Part shown: one piece after another, positions 1 to 9,994 of the stretch
Numbering within the stretch: position 1 is the stretch's first letter
Layout: every line of letters starts with the position of its first letter
DNA from: an uncultured Gemmatimonadales bacterium
Lineage (GTDB): Bacteria > Gemmatimonadota > Gemmatimonadetes > Gemmatimonadales > GWC2-71-9
Length of the DNA: 61,513 bases
Direction of reading: 5' to 3'
Assembly (NCBI GenBank): GCA_965651715.1
Contig: CBFGTB010000002.1
Location: forward strand, 1-61,513
The notes under the pieces: generated by a model
The model's database searches: none
Seen by the model: only the letters and a program-made list of their open reading frames with translations
What the model was told of the DNA's origin: nothing
Translations under genes and position numbers: made by a program

Positions 1-741
1 GGCGGCAAGAACGCCCAGATCGTGATGCCCGATGCCGATCTGGACCTGGCCCTCGATGGCGTGCTCTGGGGCGCGTTCGGCACCACCGGTCAGCGCTGCA
101 CCGCCACCTCGCGGTTGATTGTCCATCGCAAGGTGCATGACAAGCTGCTGGGCATGCTGGTAGACGCCACCCGCAAGTTGACCCTGGGTGATGGCCGGGC
201 GCCGCGCACCGACGTGGGACCGCTGATTCACGAAGCCGCCCGCGACAAGGTCGAACGCTACGTCGAGATCGGCCAGCAGCAGGGCGCCGAGCTGGTGTTG
301 GGCGGCAGTCGGCCACGCAGCGCCCGAACCGCTGATGGCTGGTTCTATCGGCCCACCATCTTCAGCAACGTCAAGCGGGGCTCCCGCCTCGCCGTCGAGG
401 AGATTTTCGGACCGGTGCTGAGCGTGATCCGGGTGGGGTCGTACGAGGACGCGGTCAAGGTCAACAACGAAGTCCGCTACGGCCTGTCGTCCGCGATCTA
501 CACCCAGGACGTCAACCTCGCCTTCCGCGCCATGGAAGATCTGCAGAACGGCATCACCTACGTCAACGCGCCGACCATCGGCGCCGAGGCGCACATGCCG
601 TTCGGCGGCGTCAAGCAAACCGGCAATGGTCACCGGGAGGGCGGCTGGGAGGTGTACGACTTCTACAGCGAAACCAAGGTCAACTACGTCGACTTCTCGG
701 GGACGCTGCAGCGGGCGCAGATCGACACCTACGGCGAGTGA
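1..741 (+). CDS. Aldehyde dehydrogenase family protein, C-terminal part (5' end outside the window)
   Basis: The frame is open from base 1 (GGKNAQIVMPDADLDLA...). It carries typical ALDH C-terminal motifs: EEIFGPVL, then FGGVKQTGNGHREGG near the end. Confidence 0.9.
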   Translation, partial: GGKNAQIVMPDADLDLALDGVLWGAFGTTGQRCTATSRLIVHRKVHDKLLGMLVDATRKLTLGDGRAPRTDVGPLIHEAARDKVERYVEIGQQQGAELVLGGSRPRSARTADGWFYRPTIFSNVKRGSRLAVEEIFGPVLSVIRVGSYEDAVKVNNEVRYGLSSAIYTQDVNLAFRAMEDLQNGITYVNAPTIGAEAHMPFGGVKQTGNGHREGGWEVYDFYSETKVNYVDFSGTLQRAQIDTYGE

Positions 742-891
742 GCTGTTGCGCCGGCACGCGGCCGACGGGCGGACTGACATGTCCGTTCGTCGGCCGCGGT
801 GTTTTGCCCCTTGCGTCGGCAGGTTTGAGTGGGCTATCGTGCAGGTGCCCAACCATCAGGATCGGACGGCGCCCTTCGACAAGGTGGCAGG

Positions 892-1767
892 ATGGGAGCT
901 GTGCAGTACGGAGAGACCTCGCATTCTCCGGCCAACGCGGACGATGAGTCACTCGACCTGTATCTCCGCGACATCAGTCGATACCCGTTGATCAGCCGCA
1001 GCGACGAAGCACGCCTCGCGGTCCGTATCCGCGCCGGCGATCGCGACGCGCTCGATACGCTGGTCCGCAGCAATCTCCGCTTTGTCGTCTCGATCGCCAA
1101 GCGCTATCAGAATCGTGGCGTCTCGCTCGCCGATCTGATCAACGAGGGCAATGTCGGCCTGCTGCGGGCGGCGGAAAAGTTCGACGAGACCCGGGGGATC
1201 AAGTTCATCTCTTACGCCGTCTGGTGGATCCGCCAGATGATTCTTCAGGCGATTACCGAGCAGTCGCGCATTGTCCGGATTCCGGCCAACCGGATGGGCG
1301 AGCTGAATCGGCTGGGCCGACGGGCGGCGGCGCTGCGCCAGGAGCTGGGGCGTGAACCCACGGCCGCCGAGCTGGCGGACGGGTGGGAGCTGGATGTGGC
1401 GACGGTGGAGCAGAACCTGGCGATCAGTCGCGCCCATGTCTCGCTCGATACGCCGGTGGCGCCGGGCACACCGATTCGTCTGCTCGACCATCTCGCTGAC
1501 ACCGATGACCGTGGCTCCGACGCCGCGACCATCGATCACGCCCTGCAAGCCCACATTCAGGCCTCGTTTGCGGTGCTGGAAGCGCGCGAGGCCCGCGTGC
1601 TGCGGCTCTACTTCGGCTTTGACGGCGGCGAACCGATGACGTTGGAGCAGATCGGCGCCCTGATGGGGATCACCCGCGAGCGGGTGCGCCAGATCAAGGC
1701 CAAGGCGTTGGAGCGGCTGCGCGCGGCGAGCGACGCCGACGCGCTGGCCTCCTTCCTCGAGAGCTAG
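892..1767 (+). CDS. Sigma-70 family RNA polymerase sigma factor (RpoD-like, lacks a long region 1)
   Basis: Region 2: NLRFVVSIAKRYQNRGVSLADLINEGNVGLLRAAEKFD and ISYAVWWIRQ. Region 3: IRIPANRMGELNRL. Region 4: MTLEQIGALMGITRERVRQIKAKAL. The start is uncertain (ATG at 892 or GTG at 829). Confidence 0.85.
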   Translation: MGAVQYGETSHSPANADDESLDLYLRDISRYPLISRSDEARLAVRIRAGDRDALDTLVRSNLRFVVSIAKRYQNRGVSLADLINEGNVGLLRAAEKFDETRGIKFISYAVWWIRQMILQAITEQSRIVRIPANRMGELNRLGRRAAALRQELGREPTAAELADGWELDVATVEQNLAISRAHVSLDTPVAPGTPIRLLDHLADTDDRGSDAATIDHALQAHIQASFAVLEAREARVLRLYFGFDGGEPMTLEQIGALMGITRERVRQIKAKALERLRAASDADALASFLES

Positions 1768-2552
1768 GCCGCCGTCGGCGTGACGTCACTGAGCGGCCCC
1801 GGTTCGGGGAAGGGCTCAAAGCGCAACACCACACCATAGCGTTCCGCCAGTCGGGCGGCGTCAGGATGCAGCACCGGTGAGCCGGTGGCCAGGATGGCGT
1901 GGAGGCCGCGGTAGCTGGTGCGCCCCACCGGCTGGGCCTGCGGATCGCGGCGCGGATCGGTGTGGCAGAGCCCGTTGCGCTTGAGGAAGTGGCAGATCGG
2001 CGCTCCCAGCGCGGCAGCCAGCGCCACTGCAGTGATATCGCTGCCACCCCGGCTCAGGGTGTGGATCCGCCCGGCGTCAGTCATCTGGAAGCCGGCCACC
2101 ACCGGGATCACCTCCGCGGCCAGCAGCCGACGCAACCGACCCGGGCGAATACGGGTCAGCCGGGCCTCGACGCCACGACGACCTCGGAGTCCGGCCTCGC
2201 GGGCGTCGAGCGCCCGCGCTGGACAGCCCAGCGTATTGAGTGCGGCACTCACCAGTGCCGCGCTGACAATCTCACCGGCCGCGATGGCCCGATCGCATTC
2301 GATGTGACGGCGCCGCTCGGCGGGGGTGGCGAGGGCCTGCTCCACCGCCGCGGCGAGCGCGCTCAGGTGGTCGGTCACACCCCGTCGCGCGCTGGTGACC
2401 ACGACCACGGGTTGGTGGCGGGCGAGCCGGGCCGCATGGCGCGCCGCGTCGGCAATCCGGCCCGGGTCGGCCAGGGCGTCGCCGCCCAGCTTGAGAATCA
2501 GCAGCTCGCCGGGAAGGGCCGCGGTGGAACCGGGGGACGGGGCGATCGGCAT
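1764..2552 (-). CDS. Aspartokinase-like amino-acid kinase; catalytic domain only, no ACT domains visible
   Basis: LILKLGGDALAD...VVVVTSARRGVTDHL, AAGEIVSAALVSAALN, VVAGFQ...LSRGGSDITAVALAAAL. The ORF ends soon after the kinase fold. Start taken at the internal ATG (MPIAPSPG). Confidence 0.65.
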   Translation of the reverse strand: MPIAPSPGSTAALPGELLILKLGGDALADPGRIADAARHAARLARHQPVVVVTSARRGVTDHLSALAAAVEQALATPAERRRHIECDRAIAAGEIVSAALVSAALNTLGCPARALDAREAGLRGRRGVEARLTRIRPGRLRRLLAAEVIPVVAGFQMTDAGRIHTLSRGGSDITAVALAAALGAPICHFLKRNGLCHTDPRRDPQAQPVGRTSYRGLHAILATGSPVLHPDAARLAERYGVVLRFEPFPEPGPLSDVTPTAA

Positions 2553-2774
2553 GCGGGACTCCACGCGTGAGGGTGGCGTCCCGATAAACGGAACGCCCCC
2601 GGGCCAGTAGCGCGGAGGCGGATGTCCTCGACGCTTTAGCACTTTGGTTCGGCCCGAAAGCCCGGCGGGTGCAAGTAGTCATAAAGTGACCGCCGTGCCC
2701 CCAGAATAGCCGTCGGGACGCCGGGCGACAAGGGGGCTATTGCCGCCATGCACTCGGTCCGATACCCTCCCTGC

Positions 2775-3278
2775 ATGGCGACTACATCAAGTTTCGATAT
2801 CTCCACCGGCGTCGACATCCAGGAAGTCGATAACGCCGTCAATCAGGCCGCCAAGGAAATCGCCTCCCGATACGATTTCAAAGGCAGCCACTGCACCCTC
2901 ACGCTGGACCGCGACGCGGCCACCATCGCCCTGCATGCCGACGATGAGTTTCGCATGGACGCACTGCTCGATGTGGTGCGGGCCCGATTGATCAAACGCG
3001 GCGTCCCGATTCGGAATCTCACCGTCGGCGAACCGGTGGCGGCCGCGCTGGGGTCGGTCCGGCGGCAACTGACGCTGACCCAGGGCATCCCTCAGGACAC
3101 CGCCAAGCAGATTCAGCGGGCGATCAAGACGGCGGGCTTCAAGAAGGTGCAGGCCGCCATTCAGGGCGATGAACTGCGGGTGAGTTCGCCCTCGCGCGAT
3201 GAGCTGCAGGCCGTGATTGCCTTTCTGCGGCAGGGCGACTTTGGGGTCGAACTGCAATTCGGCAACTTCCGCGGGTGA
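2775..3278 (+). CDS. yajQ: YajQ-family nucleotide/c-di-GMP-binding protein (UPF0234)
   Basis: MATTSSFDISTGVDIQEVDNAVNQAAKEIASRYDFKG matches the YajQ N-terminal signature, and the size is about 167 aa. Confidence 0.85.
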   Translation: MATTSSFDISTGVDIQEVDNAVNQAAKEIASRYDFKGSHCTLTLDRDAATIALHADDEFRMDALLDVVRARLIKRGVPIRNLTVGEPVAAALGSVRRQLTLTQGIPQDTAKQIQRAIKTAGFKKVQAAIQGDELRVSSPSRDELQAVIAFLRQGDFGVELQFGNFRG

Positions 3279-4513
3279 GATACGCCGGGGCGCTGATCGT
3301 GGCGGGGTGCGTGCTGATCGGCAGTTGCATGCCGATTGAGGAGCCGGCGCCGTCACCGCAGCGCGCGATGGAGCAGCCGACCATCCGAATCGGCCTGTCC
3401 CGGAATGCGCCGGACGCAGTCCTGCGCTCCGACGGCGGGCTGCGCGTCATCGATCCCGAGGAGGGTGACCTGCAATTGGTCCCTGCCGATGGCGAGATGA
3501 CGGTGACGGCGCATGACGATCTGGTCCGTGGCGATCTCGGGGCGCGGCAGTATACCAGGCGGGTGCTGCGGGTGACCAGCGCCCTGCCGGGCGGGATGGT
3601 GCGCCTCGCCGGTCGACCCTATCGGGGCGCTCTCGAAATGAGCCGCGGCGCCGACGGGGTCCAGATCGTCAATGTCGTCGGGCTGGAGGACTACCTGGTT
3701 GGAGTGGTGACGGCGGAACTGGGGCCGCGCACCGAGCAGGAGCTGGCGGCGGCCATGGCGCAGGCGGTGGTGGCGCGCACCTACGCGCTGCGCAACAGCG
3801 GGCGCTGGGGTGATCAGGGTTTTGATCTGCTGGCGGGCACGGCGTCGCAGGTCTACCGCGGTGCTGCCGATGAGGACCCGATTGCGCGCCGCGCGGTTGA
3901 GGCCACGGCGGGCGAAGTGCTGATGTATCACGATCAGTTGATCGACGCCTTCTATTCCTCGACCTGCGGCGGCGAGACCGAAGCCGGGGCGGCGGTGTTT
4001 GTCGACGGCGATCGTCCCTACCTTCAGGCCGTGTCTGACCGCGATCCCAACGGGCGGGCCTGGTGCGCGATCTCACCGCGGTACCACTGGACCGAGCGCT
4101 GGACCGGCAGTGAGTTGCAGGCCATTCTCCGGCGCACCCTCGTGGCCGAAGGGCTCTCGTCGGCGCGGGCGGCTGACCTGCAGGCCACTCGGGTGCTCGA
4201 TCGCACCGGATCGGGTCGGGTGGCGCGATTGGAATTGGTGGGCACCCGCGGCCGCACGGTGGTGAGCGGGGCCGCAATTCGTCGGGTGTGGTCGCCGCCG
4301 ACCGGAGGCGTGTTGGAAAGCACTGACTTCACGATTCGGATCGGTCGTCGCGGCGGACGGATCGAGCAGGTGGTGATCGAGGGCACCGGCTATGGCCACG
4401 GCGTCGGCATGTGCCAGTGGGGTGCGATCGGGCGCGCGCGCGCCGGCGAGAGCTATCTCGAGATTCTGATGAGCTACTTTCCGGGCACTGATCTGCGTCG
4501 TATCTATCCATGA
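3275..4513 (+). CDS. SpoIID/LytB domain protein (probable lipoprotein)
   Basis: AVVARTYALRN, SQVYRG, STCGGETE, GHGVGMCQWGA. N-terminus LIGSC. The GTG start overlaps the yajQ stop (GTGA). Confidence 0.85.
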   Translation: MRYAGALIVAGCVLIGSCMPIEEPAPSPQRAMEQPTIRIGLSRNAPDAVLRSDGGLRVIDPEEGDLQLVPADGEMTVTAHDDLVRGDLGARQYTRRVLRVTSALPGGMVRLAGRPYRGALEMSRGADGVQIVNVVGLEDYLVGVVTAELGPRTEQELAAAMAQAVVARTYALRNSGRWGDQGFDLLAGTASQVYRGAADEDPIARRAVEATAGEVLMYHDQLIDAFYSSTCGGETEAGAAVFVDGDRPYLQAVSDRDPNGRAWCAISPRYHWTERWTGSELQAILRRTLVAEGLSSARAADLQATRVLDRTGSGRVARLELVGTRGRTVVSGAAIRRVWSPPTGGVLESTDFTIRIGRRGGRIEQVVIEGTGYGHGVGMCQWGAIGRARAGESYLEILMSYFPGTDLRRIYP

Positions 4514-5535
4514 CAGTGGAGGCGGGCCGCATGACCGAACGACTGCGTCTGGGAATTGCGGGGGCGGGGGCGATGGTCCAGTTGGGTCACTTGCCGGCGC
4601 TGCGCAAGGTGCGGGACATCGAGGTGGTGGGCCTGTGTGACAACGATCTGGTCAAGGCGCGCGCTCTTGCCGATCGATTCGGGATCGCCGATGTCTACGC
4701 CGACCTGGCGGAGCTTGTCGAGTTCGGCCAACTCGACGCGCTGCTGATCTGCACCCCGAATCACCTCCATGAGTCGCATGTGTTGTCGGGACTGGCGGCC
4801 GGCCTTCACGTGCTGGCGGAGCGGCCACTGGGGCTCACGCCGAACGCGATTCAGAAGATCCGTCGCGCCAGTCAGAAGGCCGAGCGCGTGGTGATGACCG
4901 GCGCCAATCACCGCTATCGACCCGACGTACAGATGGTGCGGTCGTTTGTTCAGAGCGGCGAGTTGGGCGACCTGGAGTCGCTCCGGGCCTGGTGGTTCCT
5001 CTCGCGCAGCGGCCGCGGCTCGTTGGGATGGCGCCAGCGACGCGACCAGGCCGGCGGCGGGGCGATGTACGACCTGGGTCACGCTCTGCTCGACATGAGT
5101 CTGTGGATTGCCGGCTTCCCGAAAATCGAGCGGATCAGCGCGGTGTTTCCCGAGCGGGGCAAGGGAGTCGAGCAGAGCGGGACCGCGTTGCTGGCGCTTC
5201 AGGGCGGCAGTGCCATCCATCTCGACACCTCGTGGCGCTTTGTCGGGCCGGGCGAGCGCTTCGGCCTGTCGCTCCGCTCCACACGGGGGTCGGCCCGGAT
5301 CGCACCGCTGGCGGTCTGGCGCGAGTTCCACGGCGTCGCCCAGGACGTTGCCACGGCCGGCGCCCGTTCGCGCGAGGCTCCATTTCTGCTCGGCGTTCGG
5401 GCCCAGTGGGCCCACTTCGTGGCCACCATTCGCGGCGATGCGCCGGCACCCTCGTTGGATGAACAACTGGTGACGCTGCATGCCATGCAGGGGATCTACG
5501 AATCGGCCGAATCGGGGCGGGACGTCGCCTTGTGA
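4510..5535 (+). CDS. Gfo/Idh/MocA family oxidoreductase
   Basis: N-terminal Rossmann motif LRLGIAGAGAMVQLGHLPAL, then ICTPNHLHESH and ERP. ATGA overlap with the SpoIID gene. Confidence 0.8.
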   Translation: MTVEAGRMTERLRLGIAGAGAMVQLGHLPALRKVRDIEVVGLCDNDLVKARALADRFGIADVYADLAELVEFGQLDALLICTPNHLHESHVLSGLAAGLHVLAERPLGLTPNAIQKIRRASQKAERVVMTGANHRYRPDVQMVRSFVQSGELGDLESLRAWWFLSRSGRGSLGWRQRRDQAGGGAMYDLGHALLDMSLWIAGFPKIERISAVFPERGKGVEQSGTALLALQGGSAIHLDTSWRFVGPGERFGLSLRSTRGSARIAPLAVWREFHGVAQDVATAGARSREAPFLLGVRAQWAHFVATIRGDAPAPSLDEQLVTLHAMQGIYESAESGRDVAL

Positions 5536-6764
5536 TTCGCTCATGGCTGGTGGCGGCGGCGCTGATGCTGAGCACGGCGGCCCCGGGCGCGCGGTCGCTG
5601 GCGGCGCAGCAACCGGTTGATCGCTACCAGATTCTGGTGATGACCATGGGCCCCGGTGCGGCGGTCTATGAACGCTTCGGTCCCAACGCCATCGTGGTGA
5701 TCGATACCGTTGCGCACCGCAACTGGGTCTCCAACTACGGCACCTTCGATTTCGAGCAACCGGGCTTCGTGCGACGGTTTGTCATGGGTCGTCCGCTCTA
5801 CTGGCTCGGCGTGGCCGATTGGGACGGTACCTTGCGCGCCTATCAGTATGCCCAGCGCCGCGTCGAGGTGCAGGAACTGGCATTGCGGGCCGAACAGAAG
5901 GCCGAGCTGGCGTTCCGCCTGGCACAGAACGCCCAGCCCGACCGCCGTGAGTATCGCTACGACTACTTCGGCGACAATTGCTCCACCCGGGTGAGAGACA
6001 TCCTTGACGGCGTGCTGGGCGGCGCGCTGCGTCGCGCCACCGCGGGCCGGCCGGCCGAGGGCACGCTCCGCTTCCACATGGCCCGCTCGCTGACCACTGA
6101 TCTGCCGATGTACATCGGCATCCTCACCGCGATGGGGCCGGCGGTGGACCGCCCGCTCGATCAATGGCAGGAAATGTTTCTGCCCGCCAAACTGCAGGAG
6201 CGGCTGCGCGAGCTGCGGGTGAGCGACGACTCGGGCCGTCAGGTTCCGCTGGTGCGGCGCGAGGCGACAGTGCTCGATCTCGACGTGTATCGGGTCGAGC
6301 CGATGCCGCCCGATCGCCGCGGGGCGTTTGCCCTGGTGGGCGGGGCGCTGACTCTGATTATTCTCACCGGCCTGCTGCGGGGCGGTGCCGGTGTGCCAGG
6401 GCGGCTGGTGGCCGGGCTGTGGGCCGCCCTGGCCGGTGTGGCGGGCGTGGTGTTGCTGTTCCTCTGGCTGGCCACCGATCACGTGGCTGCCGCGGCCAAT
6501 CGGAATCTGCTGCTGCTCTCACCGCTGTGGTTGCCGCTGGTGCCGGTGTTCTGGGCCGGCTGGCGCTGGCGTCAGGCGGTGCCGCTGGCGTATCTGATCG
6601 GAATTTTGGCAGCGGTCGGGCTGTTGCTGGCGAGCTGGTTCGCCCTGGGGCATCAGGTCAATATCGAAATGGCCCTGATGGCGGCGCCGACCAGCCTGGC
6701 GGCCGCGGTGGTGGCGGTTCGGACTATCCGCCGACCCGTCGCAGCGCCGCTGCCGCCTCACTGA
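5532..6764 (+). CDS. DUF4105-like (Lnb N-terminal periplasmic domain) protein with a C-terminal multi-TM region
   Basis: Signal peptide, the motif YDYFGDNCSTRVRDILD, and several hydrophobic helices in the C-terminal third. GTGA overlap with the upstream gene. Confidence 0.65.
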   Translation: MIRSWLVAAALMLSTAAPGARSLAAQQPVDRYQILVMTMGPGAAVYERFGPNAIVVIDTVAHRNWVSNYGTFDFEQPGFVRRFVMGRPLYWLGVADWDGTLRAYQYAQRRVEVQELALRAEQKAELAFRLAQNAQPDRREYRYDYFGDNCSTRVRDILDGVLGGALRRATAGRPAEGTLRFHMARSLTTDLPMYIGILTAMGPAVDRPLDQWQEMFLPAKLQERLRELRVSDDSGRQVPLVRREATVLDLDVYRVEPMPPDRRGAFALVGGALTLIILTGLLRGGAGVPGRLVAGLWAALAGVAGVVLLFLWLATDHVAAAANRNLLLLSPLWLPLVPVFWAGWRWRQAVPLAYLIGILAAVGLLLASWFALGHQVNIEMALMAAPTSLAAAVVAVRTIRRPVAAPLPPH

Positions 6765-7377
6765 AGTTCGGCGCGGCGGTCAGCGCGGCCTGGAAGGCCT
6801 GGGCGGCGGCGGCGTTGTCGCCAGCGTCCTCATGGCTGAGCCCCTGGCCATAGGCAATCAGTGCGGCGACCGGGATGCCGCTCGGCGGAGCCGCCCCGGC
6901 CGATCCGCCGATTCCGGGCTGGGCCACCAATCGATTGGCGAGCGCCACAATCGCCTCGGCGAGTTGCTCCCGCTTGTCGAGCGCGGGATCCCCGCGCACC
7001 ACGGCAATCGCCTTGCCGGTTGAGGCGTCGATGATCCGCGCTTCGAGCTGGATATCGCCGTACTGGTCGAGCAGCGAGCCGACCACCAGCAACCGCGCCC
7101 CGGCGGCGCTGGCCGCGGCGCGGGCCGCCGCCATATCGATCCGCCCCGGCTGCCGGGCGGGGGCCGGCTCAATCGGCAGGACCCGGGTGGCGCCGTTGCT
7201 GTCGAGCGTCCCGCTCAGCAGCGAACCCAACGCCCGCCCGATCGCCTGGTATTCGTCGCGGGTCAGGCCCACCGAGCCGTCGGTCTCGAAACCGCCCACC
7301 GACACTCCCGACTGGGCCAGGGCGGCGGTCGGCAGGCTGAGCAGGAACAGCGCGATTGTCCACAGGCTGCGGGGCAT
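6724..7377 (-). CDS. Secreted hypothetical protein (TolB-N/FlgO-like fold plus a TPR-like tail, tentative)
   Basis: Signal peptide MPRSLWTIALFLLSLPTAALAQ. High-GC3 coding frame. Its 3' end overlaps the convergent gene by 41 nt. Confidence 0.5.
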   Translation of the reverse strand: MPRSLWTIALFLLSLPTAALAQSGVSVGGFETDGSVGLTRDEYQAIGRALGSLLSGTLDSNGATRVLPIEPAPARQPGRIDMAAARAAASAAGARLLVVGSLLDQYGDIQLEARIIDASTGKAIAVVRGDPALDKREQLAEAIVALANRLVAQPGIGGSAGAAPPSGIPVAALIAYGQGLSHEDAGDNAAAAQAFQAALTAAPNFSEAAAALRRVGG

Positions 7378-7526
7378 GGGCGCTCCGGGAAACTGGTGAT
7401 GCCGCAATCCGACTGGGAGACGTCTCAGGCCAGCCCCCTTGGACGCGACCGGGCGCCGACGATATATTACCCGGCTATCGTGGCTCCGCGTCGGGGCTAC
7501 GGCGCACGCGTCTATAGGATACACCC

Positions 7527-7739
7527 ATGAAGCCGAATATCCATCCTGTCTATCAACTCGCCAAGGCCCACTGCCAGTGCGGCAACAGCTTCGAGACCCG
7601 GAGCACTGTGCCGGAGATCTCGGTGGAAGTCTGCGGGCAGTGCCATCCGTATTTCACCGGCAAGCAGCGGTTGATCGACACCGCCGGACGGATCGATCGC
7701 TTCCGGAAGAAGTACGCCACGGACGCTTCAGCGAGCTGA
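7527..7739 (+). CDS. rpmE: 50S ribosomal protein L31 (Zn-ribbon type)
   Basis: MKPNIHPVY...CQCG...[12 protein letters not shown]. Confidence 0.97.
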   Translation: MKPNIHPVYQLAKAHCQCGNSFETRSTVPEISVEVCGQCHPYFTGKQRLIDTAGRIDRFRKKYATDASAS

Positions 7740-7740
7740 C

Positions 7741-8799
7741 ATGGACAGCCGTCTCCGCCAGGCGCTCGCGCGGGCGGAGGAGGTGGCCCGCGCGTTGAGC
7801 GATCCGGCCGTCACGGCCGATCCGGCGCGACTGCAATCGCTCGGCCGCGAGCATGCCCGGCTTCAGCCGGTGGTGCGCGCGGCCGACGCATTGGCCCGGG
7901 CTGAGAGTGAGTTGACCGGGGCGCTGGAACTCGCCGCCGGCGACGATCCCGAACTGCAACAGATCGCCGCCGATGAGGTCGGCGCGCTCCGGCAGCGGGT
8001 CGCCACGCTCCGCGAGGAAATCGCCGAGTTGCTCACGCCGCGCGATCCCCACGACGACCGCGATGCCATTCTGGAAATCCGGGCCGGGACCGGCGGCGAT
8101 GAGGCCGGACTGTTCGCCGCCGAGCTGGTGCGGATGTACAGCCGTTTCGCCGAGCGACACGGCCTCAGTGTCGAGCCGATCTCGACCACTGAGGGGAATG
8201 TGGGCGGCATTCGGGAGTCGGTCCTGGCGGTGCGGGGGGCCGATGCCTTCGGGCTGCTCCGCCACGAGGCCGGAGTACACCGGGTCCAGCGGGTGCCGGC
8301 CACCGAGCAGCAGGGTCGGCTGCACACCTCGGCCGCCTCGGTGGCGGTGCTGCCCGAGGCCGAAGAGGTCGATGTGCGGATCGACCCCCAGGATCTGCGG
8401 ATCGATGTGTTTCGCTCCTCGGGACCGGGGGGGCAGAGCGTCAATACCACCGATTCGGCGGTGCGGATCACCCATCTGCCCACCGGTATCGTCGTGTCGC
8501 AGCAGGACCAGAAGTCACAGCTTCAGAACAAGATCAAGGCAATGGCCGTGCTGCGGGCGCGGCTGCTCGATCGGATGATCGCCCTTGCCGAAGCCGAGCG
8601 TTCGGCCTCGCGCAAGGCGATGGTGGGGGACGGCGACCGCTCGGCCAAGATTCGGACCTACAACTTCCCCCAGAGCCGCGTCACCGATCACCGGATCGGG
8701 CTCTCGGTCCATAACCTGACCGATGTGCTCGATGGTCGGCTCGATGAGTTCACCACGGCGCTGCGGCGGGCCCAGCGTGAAGCAGCAGATGGTGACTGA
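7741..8799 (+). CDS. prfA: Peptide chain release factor 1
   Basis: GGQ motif [24 protein letters not shown]. PxT-type RF1 region RVQRVPATE. Sits directly after rpmE. Confidence 0.97.
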   Translation: MDSRLRQALARAEEVARALSDPAVTADPARLQSLGREHARLQPVVRAADALARAESELTGALELAAGDDPELQQIAADEVGALRQRVATLREEIAELLTPRDPHDDRDAILEIRAGTGGDEAGLFAAELVRMYSRFAERHGLSVEPISTTEGNVGGIRESVLAVRGADAFGLLRHEAGVHRVQRVPATEQQGRLHTSAASVAVLPEAEEVDVRIDPQDLRIDVFRSSGPGGQSVNTTDSAVRITHLPTGIVVSQQDQKSQLQNKIKAMAVLRARLLDRMIALAEAERSASRKAMVGDGDRSAKIRTYNFPQSRVTDHRIGLSVHNLTDVLDGRLDEFTTALRRAQREAADGD

Positions 8800-9634
8800 C
8801 GCGCCGCTGACCGACGCGGCAGGGCTGCGGCAGCGGGGGGCGGCCGCGCTGGCCGCGGCGGGCCTGCCGACGCCGCGCCGCGAAGCGGGCCGACTGTGGC
8901 GCGATCTGTTCGCGCCGGACGGCGCTCCGGGGCCGAGCGCTGTGGGAGATGACCAGGCTCGGCACTACCTTGAGGCCATCGGACGACGGAGTCGAGGCGA
9001 GCCGCTTGCCTATGTTACCGGGTGGGCCGGCTTCCGGCACCTGGTGCTGGCCAGCGATCGGCGCGCTCTGATCCCGCGGGTCGAGACCGAGGGATTGGTC
9101 GATCGAGCCTTGGATCGGGTGTCCACCGGGGCCGTGGCGGATATTGGGACCGGAACCGGCGCCGTGGCGCTGGCGTTGGCGCAGGAGGGTGAGTTCGATC
9201 AGGTGATCGGGATCGACCTGTCGGACGATGCACTCACTCTGGCGCGGGAAAACGGTGCGCGACTCGGCCTCGCGGTGGAGTGGCGCCATGGCGACCTGCT
9301 CGATCCGCTGGCGGATCACAGCCTCGATCTGGTGGTCGCCAATCCGCCCTATCTCAGCCGGGACGAGTTGGCGGCTCTCGATCCGGCGGTGGCCGCCTGG
9401 GAGCCGCATCTGGCGCTCGATGGCGGTCACGATGGGCTGGCCCCGTATCGCCGTCTCCTGAGCGAGGCCCCCCGGGTGCTTCGCCCTGACGGCTGGATTG
9501 CACTGGAGATCGATGCTCGGCGCGCCGATGCGACAGCCGCATTGGCGGCCGACGCCGGGTGGCACCATATCACCATTGACGACGACCTGTTCGGTCGCGC
9601 GCGGTATCTGCTGGCGCGATGGGAGATGACATGA
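8789..9634 (+). CDS. prmC: Release factor glutamine N5-methyltransferase PrmC/HemK
   Basis: SAM motif [11 protein letters not shown] and catalytic VVANPPYL. Sits downstream of prfA. Start uncertain (ATG 8789 or GTG 8723). Confidence 0.9.
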   Translation: MVTDAPLTDAAGLRQRGAAALAAAGLPTPRREAGRLWRDLFAPDGAPGPSAVGDDQARHYLEAIGRRSRGEPLAYVTGWAGFRHLVLASDRRALIPRVETEGLVDRALDRVSTGAVADIGTGTGAVALALAQEGEFDQVIGIDLSDDALTLARENGARLGLAVEWRHGDLLDPLADHSLDLVVANPPYLSRDELAALDPAVAAWEPHLALDGGHDGLAPYRRLLSEAPRVLRPDGWIALEIDARRADATAALAADAGWHHITIDDDLFGRARYLLARWEMT

Positions 9635-9981
9635 TCGACGAAAAGGCAACCGACCTGGGACGACTGATCGGCCAATCGAACGAGTATCAGGCGCTTCGCC
9701 GCGCCGAGCAGTCGATGCGCGACGACGCCGAGTCACAGAAGAAGCTGGAAACCATTTCGCGGCTGACCCGGGAATTCGACGCGCTGATGGCCCAGGGGCA
9801 GCAGCCCACCGATGAGCAGGCGAGCGAGTATGAAACCACCCTGCGGGAGTTCGAAATGTCGCCGCAGGGGCAGGCCTATCTGGTGGCGCGGACCAATGTT
9901 GACAAGCTGATGCAGCGCGTCAATCAGGCGATCGGCACCGGGATCGAGCGCGGTGCTACCAGCGGTATCATTACCCTCTAA
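9631..9981 (+). CDS. YlbF/YmcA-like small helical protein (UPF0342-like)
   Basis: 116 aa, helical. LIGQSNEYQALRRAEQ...KKLE...FE pattern. ATGA overlap with prmC, and GGGAGA lies 5 nt upstream. Confidence 0.55.
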   Translation: MIDEKATDLGRLIGQSNEYQALRRAEQSMRDDAESQKKLETISRLTREFDALMAQGQQPTDEQASEYETTLREFEMSPQGQAYLVARTNVDKLMQRVNQAIGTGIERGATSGIITL

Positions 9982-9994
9982 GGCGGTCTCAGCC

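Noticed and set aside
7741-8799. I checked the release-factor gene for a programmed +1 frameshift site.
   Set aside because: That mechanism belongs to prfB (RF2). This gene is RF1, and it is a single uninterrupted ORF.
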